Source of the DNA: Chitinophagaceae bacterium
Lineage (GTDB): Bacteria > Bacteroidota > Bacteroidia > Cytophagales > JASGCU01
DNA length: 60,429 nt
Reading direction: 5' to 3'
Assembly: GCA_030053935.1 (NCBI GenBank)
Contig: JASGCU010000006.1
Location: forward strand, 1-60,429
The notes under the pieces were generated by a model, which saw nothing but the letters and a program-made list of their open reading frames with translations, had not been told where the DNA came from and made no database searches. This document shows, piece by piece, positions 37,257 through 46,556 of the stretch (position 1 is its first letter; every line of letters begins with the position of its first letter). Made by a program: the position numbers and the translations under genes.

Positions 37257-39311
37257 TTATAGATTCCATTTTATTTGAAATCTTGCATGAGAGTAAGTAT
37301 CCCCATCAATTTCTTCTAATCCACTAAAAAGTGTTTGTACGTTCAAAATTTGCATAATACTATACCGAATGGAAAGGGAAATTTTTTTGGAAAGAGGGAT
37401 TTGGGATAATATATACATAATCACTCCTGTATTGGTGTAAGAGGGAAATGAAAAGGCAAAAAGTACGTCTTTTTCATAGATATATTGTCTATTTTGAAAA
37501 TCATCTACATCAAAAAAAGCACTTCGCAATGCTATGTCTATTTTTTTTGTATGGAACGAAACGTCTTGTGCAATAATATACCCGTATGTAGTGTTTCCTA
37601 AAAGATCATAATTGCTCCATTGTATTCTTGTTTTAAAGGATAGAAGCACAGTGCTTTTATGGTGAAGGTCTACAATAAAATTTCTTTTTATAGAAGAGGT
37701 GAGTGCATTTGTTTTTTTTTCTTCTTCTAAGTAGTTTATTATTTGTTCTTTGCTTCGGGCTTGAAAAAAGAGAGTTGTTTTTTTATGAGGAGTGTATGTT
37801 AATCGGAGAAGGTATTCATTTCCGTTTGTTGGTTTATCTGCATTATAGCGGATCCATGGGAAGGAAAAAAAATCATAATATCCCGTGAGTAACCATTTAT
37901 TATGGAGTTTCCATTTTATTCCCCAATAGATACCTTGCTCGTTTATATTTCGGGTATTTTCTCCAAAAGCACGGGAATAGAAGCTGTGAAAATTTTTATC
38001 GTAAGAGCGAGATAGTATGCTTACTAGAAAAGAAGAATGGATGCTTATTAACATTCCTACTAAAGCACCCACTCCTCCTGATTGAGAAACGGCACTTTCT
38101 CCAAACAATTGGATATTTTTTATTTGTAAAGCAAAAAAGAAACTGGAGACAGTATTCTGTTTCCCTGCAAACTCATACTGGTTATATTGTTTATCTGATT
38201 TTTTTATTTCTGTATCATACAAAGTGTATATACTATTGATTCCTGCATAGAGGTTTTTTTTTTTCCACCAAATGGATGTTCCTATATTTTGTTCTTGTAT
38301 AGAATTTCTATTTTCTAATTCTTTTGTGGTTCTGTGAAGACCGCTTGTAATAATAGAGGATACATAGCTTTCATTATTCAATGAATCGGAGGCAAAAGAA
38401 CCATCTTGTGGTAAAAAAGAATAAAAAGCAAGTATATTTATGTTCTTATGAGAGTACGATGCCGCCGCTCCTCTGAAAAAACCTGTTTCTATAACCGATG
38501 TGTATGGAAGGATTCCTATATTATATTTTTTTAGAGTAAGGACGGTTTCGGCTCCCTTTCCTATTTTAAACCCTGCTCCAAAAACTAATCCTTCTCCCAT
38601 CTGTATTTGAAAATCTCCTATTGCGAGTGCTTTCCATTTCCCTTTATTTTTGAGAAGTAAATGTGCGGAGTAAAAATCTGATCCGTATATATTTTGCGAG
38701 TTGTTCCAAAGACTTTCTCCCGCATCTGTCTCCATAGTAAATCCGAAGCTGTATGCGTTTCCAAATGTGCTTCTGAATCTCATGTGGTGCTGATAGGGAT
38801 TTCCTTTATATCCGTTTTCTATTGTATATCCTTTTTTGAGTTGTAATGGATAGGAGCCTCTTATTAAAAGGTAGTTTTGAGAGTTTTTTATGATATGTAA
38901 AGAGCTTATTTTTTGTGATTCTTGGGTGTTTACTTCTACGAATGGAATGAGTTTTGAGATGGTCTCTACATCAAATTCAGGTATACCTTGCAGTTCATAA
39001 ATGCTGATGAGCATACCATTTGTTTCTCGATAATGGAGAAAACTTTGGACTTGGGGATGGGAAAGAACATAAAGAGAAAGGAGTTGTTCTTCGCTTGCAG
39101 TATTGAGATTCAGTGGATTACTATAGAGTTGAAAAAATGTTTCATACAGTCGTTCGTAAGAAATGCTTTCTCTATCCGAAGCTTCGGTTTCTTGGGTGGG
39201 GAAGTTCTTTTCTATAAATGCCAGAATATCTATTTCTTTTTGTTTATATTCTTGAGCATATATATTATGAGTACAGATGAGAGGGAACAGAATATAAGAT
39301 ACGATTTTCAT
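37257..39311 (-). CDS. helix-hairpin-helix (ComEA-like) domain protein with large beta-rich C-terminal region, probable outer-membrane protein
   Basis: Signal peptide, LNLNTASEEQLLSL...IYELQGIPEFDVETISKLIPFV (tandem HhH), then ~550 aa with alternating aromatic/Gly-rich beta-strand pattern. Confidence 0.65.
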   Translation of the reverse strand: MKIVSYILFPLICTHNIYAQEYKQKEIDILAFIEKNFPTQETEASDRESISYERLYETFFQLYSNPLNLNTASEEQLLSLYVLSHPQVQSFLHYRETNGMLISIYELQGIPEFDVETISKLIPFVEVNTQESQKISSLHIIKNSQNYLLIRGSYPLQLKKGYTIENGYKGNPYQHHMRFRSTFGNAYSFGFTMETDAGESLWNNSQNIYGSDFYSAHLLLKNKGKWKALAIGDFQIQMGEGLVFGAGFKIGKGAETVLTLKKYNIGILPYTSVIETGFFRGAAASYSHKNINILAFYSFLPQDGSFASDSLNNESYVSSIITSGLHRTTKELENRNSIQEQNIGTSIWWKKKNLYAGINSIYTLYDTEIKKSDKQYNQYEFAGKQNTVSSFFFALQIKNIQLFGESAVSQSGGVGALVGMLISIHSSFLVSILSRSYDKNFHSFYSRAFGENTRNINEQGIYWGIKWKLHNKWLLTGYYDFFSFPWIRYNADKPTNGNEYLLRLTYTPHKKTTLFFQARSKEQIINYLEEEKKTNALTSSIKRNFIVDLHHKSTVLLSFKTRIQWSNYDLLGNTTYGYIIAQDVSFHTKKIDIALRSAFFDVDDFQNRQYIYEKDVLFAFSFPSYTNTGVIMYILSQIPLSKKISLSIRYSIMQILNVQTLFSGLEEIDGDTYSHARFQIKWNL

Positions 39312-39337
39312 AAAAAATATTGTACATCATGCTACCT

Positions 39338-40684
39338 TCAAAAAAGAGTAATAAAGGAGCTGAGGTCATAAATAGGGACCGTAGGGATTTTTGTTTTCAG
39401 AATACTACTGCCTGCGGCGCTTCTGTATCCACCTGCACAATGCACGACTATAGGTTTATGAGTGGGTATTTCTGAAATTCTTTCTCGGAGTTCATATAAA
39501 GGGATATGTATACTTTGAGTAAATATGGTTCGTTTCTCTCTCTCTGACGGATTTCTAATGTCTATAATAGTATAATTATCAGGCTTATTTTGAAATGATG
39601 GGATATGTATTTTTTCTATTGTTTCTGTTCCAAAATCAGAGACAAAAGCCAGTTCTATTTGTGATTCATATCCAATTTTAGCAATACGTTCTATGGTATG
39701 TTGAAGTATTTCTTCGTTTTCTGCGGTAAGGTAAAAAGGTTCATGAGGAGATATAATACTTCCAAGCCATGTTTCAAATTTTAACTCGAGCATAAGATTG
39801 ATAGAGTTTTTGAGATGTTTATTTTTAAATTTCTCTTGAGGGCGAGTATCAATAATAAGGACATGAGGATTGAGAGAAGTAGCACAGTTGAGACAGGTGA
39901 TGGGTTCTCTTTTTTTTACTTTTAAAATACTTTCTTGAAAATTATCAGCTCCTTTTTTATTGAGAGATACATCAAAAGAAAAGTATTTAGGAACAAAAGG
40001 TTGGTCTTTGAGTAGCAGAAAAACAAACTCTTTTTCGGGCATATCTTGTAAGCTCCAGTTATTTTTTTTTTCAATGGACAAAGTTGTGATTTTGGAATCA
40101 CTTACAGATTTTCCGCACAGAGTCCCCGCTCCGTGTGCTGCACATAATATGGTATCGTCAGGAAGTGTAAGTATTTTTTTTCTGAGGGAATGAAACATTG
40201 CATGGGCTAATACTTCTCTTGATGTGTTTTTATTTCCTTGTTCTTCTCTCAAATCAGGTCGACCACAATCTCCCGCAAAAAGACAATCTCCGGTAAAGAG
40301 CCATTTTTGCTCTGTATCTATATCTTTGAGTAATAAAGAAATACTATCGGGAGAATGCCCTGGAGTCATCAATACAGTGAAACTTGCTCCTCCGAAAGGG
40401 ATAGGATCACCATCGTCAACCTTTGTATGGGCATAAGTGGCTGCTATATACTTACTTACATAAATGGGAGCAGAGGTTTTTTGGTGTATTTCTAAATGAC
40501 CGCTTACAAAGTCCGCATGAGGGTGCGTCTCTATTATGGCTACAATGGTTTCATCCCGTTCCGAAGCATAGTCATAATATTGCTTTGGATTCCTCACAGG
40601 ATCTATCAATGCTATACAACCATTATGAGAAATAGCATACGAAAAAATAGAGAGATTTTTATCTTCAAATTGTTTTATTTCCAT
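39338..40684 (-). CDS. MBL-fold hydrolase (persulfide dioxygenase-like) fused to two rhodanese-like domains
   Basis: HPHADFVSGH metal motif, TPGHSPDS, the second rhodanese domain has active-site CAGGYRSAAG. 448 aa. Confidence 0.8.
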   Translation of the reverse strand: MEIKQFEDKNLSIFSYAISHNGCIALIDPVRNPKQYYDYASERDETIVAIIETHPHADFVSGHLEIHQKTSAPIYVSKYIAATYAHTKVDDGDPIPFGGASFTVLMTPGHSPDSISLLLKDIDTEQKWLFTGDCLFAGDCGRPDLREEQGNKNTSREVLAHAMFHSLRKKILTLPDDTILCAAHGAGTLCGKSVSDSKITTLSIEKKNNWSLQDMPEKEFVFLLLKDQPFVPKYFSFDVSLNKKGADNFQESILKVKKREPITCLNCATSLNPHVLIIDTRPQEKFKNKHLKNSINLMLELKFETWLGSIISPHEPFYLTAENEEILQHTIERIAKIGYESQIELAFVSDFGTETIEKIHIPSFQNKPDNYTIIDIRNPSEREKRTIFTQSIHIPLYELRERISEIPTHKPIVVHCAGGYRSAAGSSILKTKIPTVPIYDLSSFITLF

Positions 40685-40709
40685 ATATTGTGTTTTATGT
40701 TTTGCTAAG

Positions 40710-40781
40710 TAGCCAAGCCAGGAATCGAACCTGGATCAAAAGTTTAGGAAACTTCTATTCTATCCGTTGAACTACAAGGCC
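40710..40781 (-). tRNA. tRNA-Arg (anticodon CCU), acceptor stem with two U-U mismatches
   Basis: Reverse complement folds as GGCCTTG-TA-GTTC-AACGGATA-GAAT-A-GAAGT-TTCCTAA-ACTTT-TGAT-CCAGG-TTCGATT-CCTGG-CTTGGCT-A. D, anticodon and T arms are canonical. Acceptor pairs 5-68 and 6-67 are U-U. Confidence 0.75.
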
Positions 40782-40845
40782 CTTCATTATTAATTTTTTT
40801 TAAAATATTTGTTTATTATGTTTTATATTTGCAACGCTGTTATTA

Positions 40846-42204
40846 CTATAAACTACGGGGAAACTTCGTGTAAAATAATTTGAGCTTTACACCATTTCTT
40901 TGTATGATAAGGTTATTGAAAGTATAGTTCTCCTGTGGATAAAACAGAAGATGTTTTACGGGAATGGATGCTTTTTTTTGATATTCCAAAAATACAGTGG
41001 GAGAAGTAAAGTAAGAACGAGAAGTAGTATCGTATTTTCCATTCAGAATAGATGCCTTTCTTGTAAGGTACCCATCATCAAAATTAATAAAATTATTGTA
41101 AGGATCATTTTCTGCTGCTCCAGGGGGAACAAAAATAGATGCAGTGGTATCCAAAAAGAAAAATCTTATATCTGTATTTATAGTTCTTTTAAAGGTGGAA
41201 GGATAAAGACCTTCAGCAACTGCAATATTTATTTCTGCTCGGTTTATCGCAATAGTTCCTACTGTATCAAGAAACTTATAAAAAGGAGAGAGAGTCAGTT
41301 TAGTAAGGATACCCGTTCCAGGCTGATAAAAATTATTTCCATCTTTTGATGTCTCATCGTCATCTTTTTGTAAAGCACTGAGCTGTGATGGGTATCTATT
41401 TACATCTACATGAGTATGCTGTTTAAAAGAACTTTGCCCCGATGGAATTATAAACCCATAGATATACTGAACACTATCCAAAGTAGTGCTGTATCTATAA
41501 TAGAAATTGAGAAATGATTTTGCCGCATCTATACCTAAGATTATACTGTTATTTACATCGGGCTTGATAGCAAATCCTTTCATCTCATATAAAAGAAAAT
41601 GAGCTGCGCTCTTACTATTAGTTATACTTCTTAAAAGATTGTCTGCATATTTCTTGTCTAACTTTATTATCAAGGTATCCGTAATATTTCCAAGAGAATC
41701 TTTTTTAAAGGGGTCTATATGTTTTTCTATCCTTGCCACACTATTAACATCATAACTGGTTTGTTTGGAAGAATTATAAAATACCGTACGGTTTCCAAAA
41801 ATAGTATCGGTCAACTCGTGTATTGTAAATACTTGCTTTGTTCCAAAGTTTTGTCCATAAGTATAGCTATAAATCAGATGAAACTCCGCCGAGTCCAATA
41901 GAAAAGTATCTCTTGGAAAGATATGATTACTATTCAACCCTAACTGAGTAAAATTAGTGCAGGTTATATCTCCGAAGTAGGGGTCTCGCACTTTCCCAAC
42001 ATAGACAGTGGTATTATTGTCCGTAGGAATATTGTTATATAAAACAGTAGAAGCGGGCAGGGTCAATTCTACCTCTCGTAAGTTTAGTTTTTTATGAACA
42101 TTAATAAATGAATCCCCTACCTCTATTGGCTCTATACAACCAAAAAAATAACAAAAGAGGAAAAAGAAAAGGGTACTTTTAAATATGGTTGCTTTGTATT
42201 TCAT
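40846..42204 (-). CDS. DUF4270-like lipoprotein
   Basis: Start set to ATG 42204 (MKYKATIFKSTLFFFLFCYFFGC, lipobox). Positioned immediately after the short GT5 gene, as is usual for DUF4270 in Bacteroidota. The family call rests on context and length, not on a motif. Confidence 0.55.
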   Translation of the reverse strand: MKYKATIFKSTLFFFLFCYFFGCIEPIEVGDSFINVHKKLNLREVELTLPASTVLYNNIPTDNNTTVYVGKVRDPYFGDITCTNFTQLGLNSNHIFPRDTFLLDSAEFHLIYSYTYGQNFGTKQVFTIHELTDTIFGNRTVFYNSSKQTSYDVNSVARIEKHIDPFKKDSLGNITDTLIIKLDKKYADNLLRSITNSKSAAHFLLYEMKGFAIKPDVNNSIILGIDAAKSFLNFYYRYSTTLDSVQYIYGFIIPSGQSSFKQHTHVDVNRYPSQLSALQKDDDETSKDGNNFYQPGTGILTKLTLSPFYKFLDTVGTIAINRAEINIAVAEGLYPSTFKRTINTDIRFFFLDTTASIFVPPGAAENDPYNNFINFDDGYLTRKASILNGKYDTTSRSYFTSPTVFLEYQKKASIPVKHLLFYPQENYTFNNLIIQRNGVKLKLFYTKFPRSL

Positions 42205-42973
42205 TATAAATTTGTTTATAGTTTTCGATAAAATTATGAGATATATCAAGAGAATAAGATTGGGAACGAGGATACGATTCTTTTGCCGTACCGTCTGTAA
42301 AAATGGAAAAGTCCGAATAAAGTATTCCAATTTTTACCAAATCTTCCAAATGAGTTATTGGTATATTCGCAAGAACATTGTTGTCTATGAGGTTACCATT
42401 GTTTATTACTTTTGAAGTAAAACCCTGTGATATCGGAAAGTTATTTTCTATCTTATACTTCATAAAGATAGATTGAGAAGAAAAAGAATTTTTTTCATCG
42501 GCACTATTTTTTAGATAAAACGGAATCAGGGATGTTATCCAATCATTACATTGTATAATATCAGGAATCAAAGATGACCTGTTTATAACTTCTATAACCG
42601 CCTTAGAAAAGATAATAATCCTATCCTCATCGTGAGAACCCTCTATAGTATGGAAGGTATTTCTATTTGTAAAATACCCATCTATGTGAATAAAATATAC
42701 TTGTATTTTCGTTTTAGGAAGAGCGGCTACTCGAACATAAATAAATATCTCCTTCCCTTCAAAAGTAATAGGAACTTGCGCAAGTCGTGCAGCAGGGTGT
42801 AGTATATGTCTTCTCTCATTAAAACGAGAAGAAAACGGAACTATAACTCTTGTTTCTACATCTCTTCTTTGGGTAGCGAATATCATATCGGACATGTACT
42901 GTGCTACTTGAGTATGCGCTATAAAAGGGGATATTTCTCCCGAAATATGAACAATTCTTAAATTCGGCTTCAT
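42179..42973 (-). CDS. short glycogen/starch-synthase-like protein (GT5 N-terminal domain only)
   Basis: MKPNLRIVHISGEISPFI... resembles the GlgA N-terminus. 264 aa and lacks the C-terminal GT1 half. Divergent from panC. Confidence 0.65.
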   Translation of the reverse strand: MKPNLRIVHISGEISPFIAHTQVAQYMSDMIFATQRRDVETRVIVPFSSRFNERRHILHPAARLAQVPITFEGKEIFIYVRVAALPKTKIQVYFIHIDGYFTNRNTFHTIEGSHDEDRIIIFSKAVIEVINRSSLIPDIIQCNDWITSLIPFYLKNSADEKNSFSSQSIFMKYKIENNFPISQGFTSKVINNGNLIDNNVLANIPITHLEDLVKIGILYSDFSIFTDGTAKESYPRSQSYSLDISHNFIENYKQIYNEIQSNHI

Positions 42974-43106
42974 TTTGTAGTTAGTAAAAAATAGAATACA
43001 CTATTTTATGGTAAAACATATCAAAATTTTAATGTATGGTAAAATACATAAAAAAAATATAAATTGCCCTTATATAATTTTATACTATAAATAAAGAAAT
43101 TTTTTT

Positions 43107-43967
43107 ATGCAATTTATAACAAATTCCGAATCTATTTTTAATATCGTAGCGGATTGTAAGAAAAATAACCAAGTAGTAGGATTAGTGGCTACAATGGGCG
43201 CACTTCACGATGGGCATATCAGTTTAATCAAAAAAGCGAGAGAAACCTGTGATGTAGTAATCGCTACTATTTTTGTAAACCCTACACAATTTCACAAGGA
43301 AGAGGATTTTCAAAAATACCCAAATACCATTGAAAAAGACAAACTCTTATTAGCAAAAGCAGATTGTGATTTCCTTTTCCATCCTTCTGTGGATATGATT
43401 TATAAAGAGAACCCTACTATTATAATTCGTTTCCCTCATATCCAAAAATATATGGAAGGCAAGTATAGAAAGGGGCATTTTGAAGGTGTAGCTCTCATTG
43501 TTTCAAAATTATTTCACATTATCCCCGCCCAATACGCCTTTTTTGGGCAAAAAGATTGGCAACAAGTTCTCATCATAAAACAAATTATCAAAGAACTCCT
43601 ATTCCCTATACAATTAGTAATAGCCCCCACCGTTCGTGAAGCCGATGGATTGGCTCTTTCTTCCCGAAATATGCGACTAACCCAAATGGAAAGAAACAAA
43701 GCAACTATTTTTATACAAGCTTTGGTATTAGCACAAAAACTTTTCAGAGAAAAAGAAAATACGCAGTATATAAAACAAAAAATAAAACAAAAAGTAAATG
43801 CTGTAGATGGAGTCACCTTAGAATACTTTGAAATAGCTAATAGAGAAACCCTTCGCTCCGTTTCTTCTTCCACCAAATCTGATTCAATAAGTTTTTTTAT
43901 TGCGGGTTATGTGGGGAACATACGACTCATAGATAATATCTTTTTAGAAGAAACAGTAGATCTGTAA
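43107..43967 (+). CDS. panC: pantoate--beta-alanine ligase
   Basis: VATMGALHDGHISLI (HxGH), FVNPTQF, FGQKDWQQ, GLALSSRN. 286 aa. Confidence 0.93.
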   Translation: MQFITNSESIFNIVADCKKNNQVVGLVATMGALHDGHISLIKKARETCDVVIATIFVNPTQFHKEEDFQKYPNTIEKDKLLLAKADCDFLFHPSVDMIYKENPTIIIRFPHIQKYMEGKYRKGHFEGVALIVSKLFHIIPAQYAFFGQKDWQQVLIIKQIIKELLFPIQLVIAPTVREADGLALSSRNMRLTQMERNKATIFIQALVLAQKLFREKENTQYIKQKIKQKVNAVDGVTLEYFEIANRETLRSVSSSTKSDSISFFIAGYVGNIRLIDNIFLEETVDL

Positions 43968-44112
43968 AAATAAATATCTTTTCCATGAACGTTGACAAAT
44001 TTTTTATACCCTCGAAAAATATGACTCTTGAATGGAGGTTATGATGACTTAATAAGGGATACGTTATTATAAATCAAAGAACTTCTTTTTTGAGATGAAA
44101 TGCAAAATAAAT

Positions 44113-44184
44113 GAGGGGATCTAAAAATTCAAATCCTAAAAACTGTATCATTTTTTTTGAAGAAATGAATTTTTAGAACCCTCC
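44113..44184. mobile_element. MITE-like element, family 1, copy 4 (short, internally deleted)
   Basis: GAGGGGATCTAAAAATTCAAATCCTAAAAACTGTATCA|TTTTTTTTGAAGAAATGAATTTTTAGAACCCTCC. Collinear with copy 1 but lacks its central ~27 bp. Confidence 0.7.
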
Positions 44185-44371
44185 TATAGTGATTTTCTAA
44201 ATAACCCTCCGCCCCATCTGTAATATAAAGGCTGGCATAATTATAAATAGTGCTAACATCCATTCCCAGATCTTGAGCAATAGACGGTATCTTTCTTTCA
44301 TTTGCAAGCATAAAAAGTGCTGTTATCTTTTTATATACTCTGACATCATGGAGTTCTCTCCGAGTTTCTTT
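44185..44371 (-). pseudogene. N-terminal helix-turn-helix remnant of a transposase (IS630-like), truncated at the MITE boundary
   Basis: The minus-strand frame reads KETRRELHDVRVYKKITALFMLANERKIPSIAQDLGMDVSTIYNYASLYITDGAEGYLENHY, then runs into MITE copy 4. No DDE domain follows and the only in-frame ATG is internal. The family assignment is tentative. Confidence 0.45.
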
Positions 44372-44628
44372 AAAAAAATTTTAAATCTTTTTCTGATATA
44401 ACTATTTTCATAGCGGTTTCATTTCCCAATAAAAATAGTATTTTATTGAATTTTTTATTATTTTTCAGATTGTTTTCTCATTTTTTAATGGAATTAGTAT
44501 ATATGTCTATACCAGTGTATTTGCTCTAAAAATTTTGTCCCTTTGGAATTATCATAAAACAACAGAATAGATGAGTAGCTACTATAGTTTTAGTTTTTAG
44601 AATATAATTTTTTACAACCGCTCTGTAT

Positions 44629-45672
44629 TTAGTCCTTTAAAATATTGTTTATAAAAGTCCCTTTGAGAAACAACCACAAAAGGAAAAATAATAATCCCCA
44701 CTTGAGGTATATGATATAAAAATCTGTGGTATCTTTAAATTGAGTCACTTTAATTTCATCTTTTTCTAAAATATCTATTTCAGAAAATATTTTTTCTAAT
44801 GCTTCATTATCTGAAGCTCTGTAAAACCTTCCTTGGCATTTTTCAGCAATGTTTCTCAAGGTAGTTTCATCTAAAGTATTTTCTACATAACGGGTATTTC
44901 CAAAGGCATCTACTCCAAAAGGAACTCTTCCATTTTTTCCTATAGCTATAGTATATACTTTTATACCGTATGCATTTGCTAAATCTGCAGAAATCATGGG
45001 GTCTATATTTCCTGCGGTATTATCCCCGTCGCTCAACAGGATAATAATTTTAGATTTTGCTTTACTCTCTAACATTCTATTAGTAGATACGGCAAGAGCA
45101 CTTCCAATAGCAGTTCCCCTGCTTTCTATTTGTGTAAAATCAATGTCTTTTATAGAAGTATTGAGAAGTTTATAATCTGTAGTAAGAGGCATTTTGGAGA
45201 ATGCTTCTCCCGAAAAAATTACTAAGCCTATTCTATCTTGAAATCTACCTGAAATAAAATTGGTGGCTACTTTTTTTGCCGCTTCTAACCTATTCGGTAG
45301 AAAGTCCTGTATTTGCATAGATTCAGATATATCCAAAGTAAGTATTATGTCTATTCCTTCAGACCACTGTTCTATTTTTTCATTTGTTTTTTGGGGTCTT
45401 GCCAAAGCCAAAATGAGCATTAATAATGTAATACTGATGATGAGGTTCGGAAGAAAACGCAAGAAACTTACATAATCTGACCGTAAACTATCCTGAGTTA
45501 ATGCTATAGAAAGTTTAATTGTATGCTTCCAATAGATTATTTGTTGTATCAGGAATAAAAGTGGAATTAACCATATAAGATATAAAGCCATTTTATATTC
45601 CCAGTCAAACCCCATCAATACATCGGGAGAGAACCAATGGAACGAAAACCAATTTTCTAACTCATTTTTCAT
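44629..45672 (-). CDS. batA: BatA-like von Willebrand factor A domain membrane protein
   Basis: N-terminal TM helices, vWA MIDAS DISESM...SDGDNT, C-terminal TM. The start overlaps the preceding gene by 11 nt. Confidence 0.85.
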   Translation of the reverse strand: MKNELENWFSFHWFSPDVLMGFDWEYKMALYLIWLIPLLFLIQQIIYWKHTIKLSIALTQDSLRSDYVSFLRFLPNLIISITLLMLILALARPQKTNEKIEQWSEGIDIILTLDISESMQIQDFLPNRLEAAKKVATNFISGRFQDRIGLVIFSGEAFSKMPLTTDYKLLNTSIKDIDFTQIESRGTAIGSALAVSTNRMLESKAKSKIIILLSDGDNTAGNIDPMISADLANAYGIKVYTIAIGKNGRVPFGVDAFGNTRYVENTLDETTLRNIAEKCQGRFYRASDNEALEKIFSEIDILEKDEIKVTQFKDTTDFYIIYLKWGLLFFLLWLFLKGTFINNILKD

Positions 45673-46555
45673 TTTTTATAGATTCTATTTTTTGCAAGTA
45701 TTTTTCTAATGTTATGTCTTCTAGTATTTCTATACTTTTATATATTTCATTGTTGGGTAAGCGTCCATACACCATTCTGTCTATATTTTGGAGGGATATC
45801 TGTAATCTTTCAGAGGGGTATCTTTTTAAAATTTCTTTTGTTGTTAAAATAGTATAGGGTATATTTTCCAAATTTTGCAGATATTTTTTCCATACAATAT
45901 AGGCATCTTCTACATCACTACGGGTAGGGTTACTGCGTAAAGTAGATATTTTATTTTCAAGAGCATTTGAAAAAATCTCATATTTTTTGCGTAATCGGTA
46001 TATTTTTATGAATTTTATAACTTTTTTTCCGTACATAATCCATAGGAATGTAATAAGTATGCAAAAACAAACTATCCCTATAAAAAAATAAGGATAATTA
46101 AAAAATAAGGAAAGGGGATTAAAAAAAACTGTTGATTTTAAAGCAGGATTTTGTGGTAATGACTTTAATAAACCGGCAGTAAAAATAGAATCTTTGGCAG
46201 AATAATAAAATAGAGTATCTACATTAATAATTTCAAATACAGGTATAGAAAGAGTTTGATATGCTACTATATCAAAGTGAGAAAGGTAATAGATACAGCT
46301 GTCAAAAATATAATTTCCTTTCCATCGCGATGGAAAAAATATTTTCTTTTCATATTCGAAAGCACCAAAAATATAGGTAGAGTCAGGAAATAATAACTGG
46401 TCATTGGGTGGGTGTAGGCATGTGAGTATAAAAGGTGTTGGTTCACCGATTTTTACACTATCATACAAAAATAAACCACTTACCTGTGGTTTATTTTCTT
46501 GACTGTAACCTAATAAAGCATAAAAGATAAAAAGAAAAAGGAACCTTATTCTCAT
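45662..46555 (-). CDS. membrane protein of the Bat/DUF58 operon (unknown function)
   Basis: Start set to ATG 46555 (MRIRFLFLFIF signal), directly after the DUF58 stop. Central TM (YFFIGIVCFCILITFLWIMYG) followed by a helical cytoplasmic tail. Confidence 0.6.
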   Translation of the reverse strand: MRIRFLFLFIFYALLGYSQENKPQVSGLFLYDSVKIGEPTPFILTCLHPPNDQLLFPDSTYIFGAFEYEKKIFFPSRWKGNYIFDSCIYYLSHFDIVAYQTLSIPVFEIINVDTLFYYSAKDSIFTAGLLKSLPQNPALKSTVFFNPLSLFFNYPYFFIGIVCFCILITFLWIMYGKKVIKFIKIYRLRKKYEIFSNALENKISTLRSNPTRSDVEDAYIVWKKYLQNLENIPYTILTTKEILKRYPSERLQISLQNIDRMVYGRLPNNEIYKSIEILEDITLEKYLQKIESIKNEK

Positions 46556-46556
46556 T

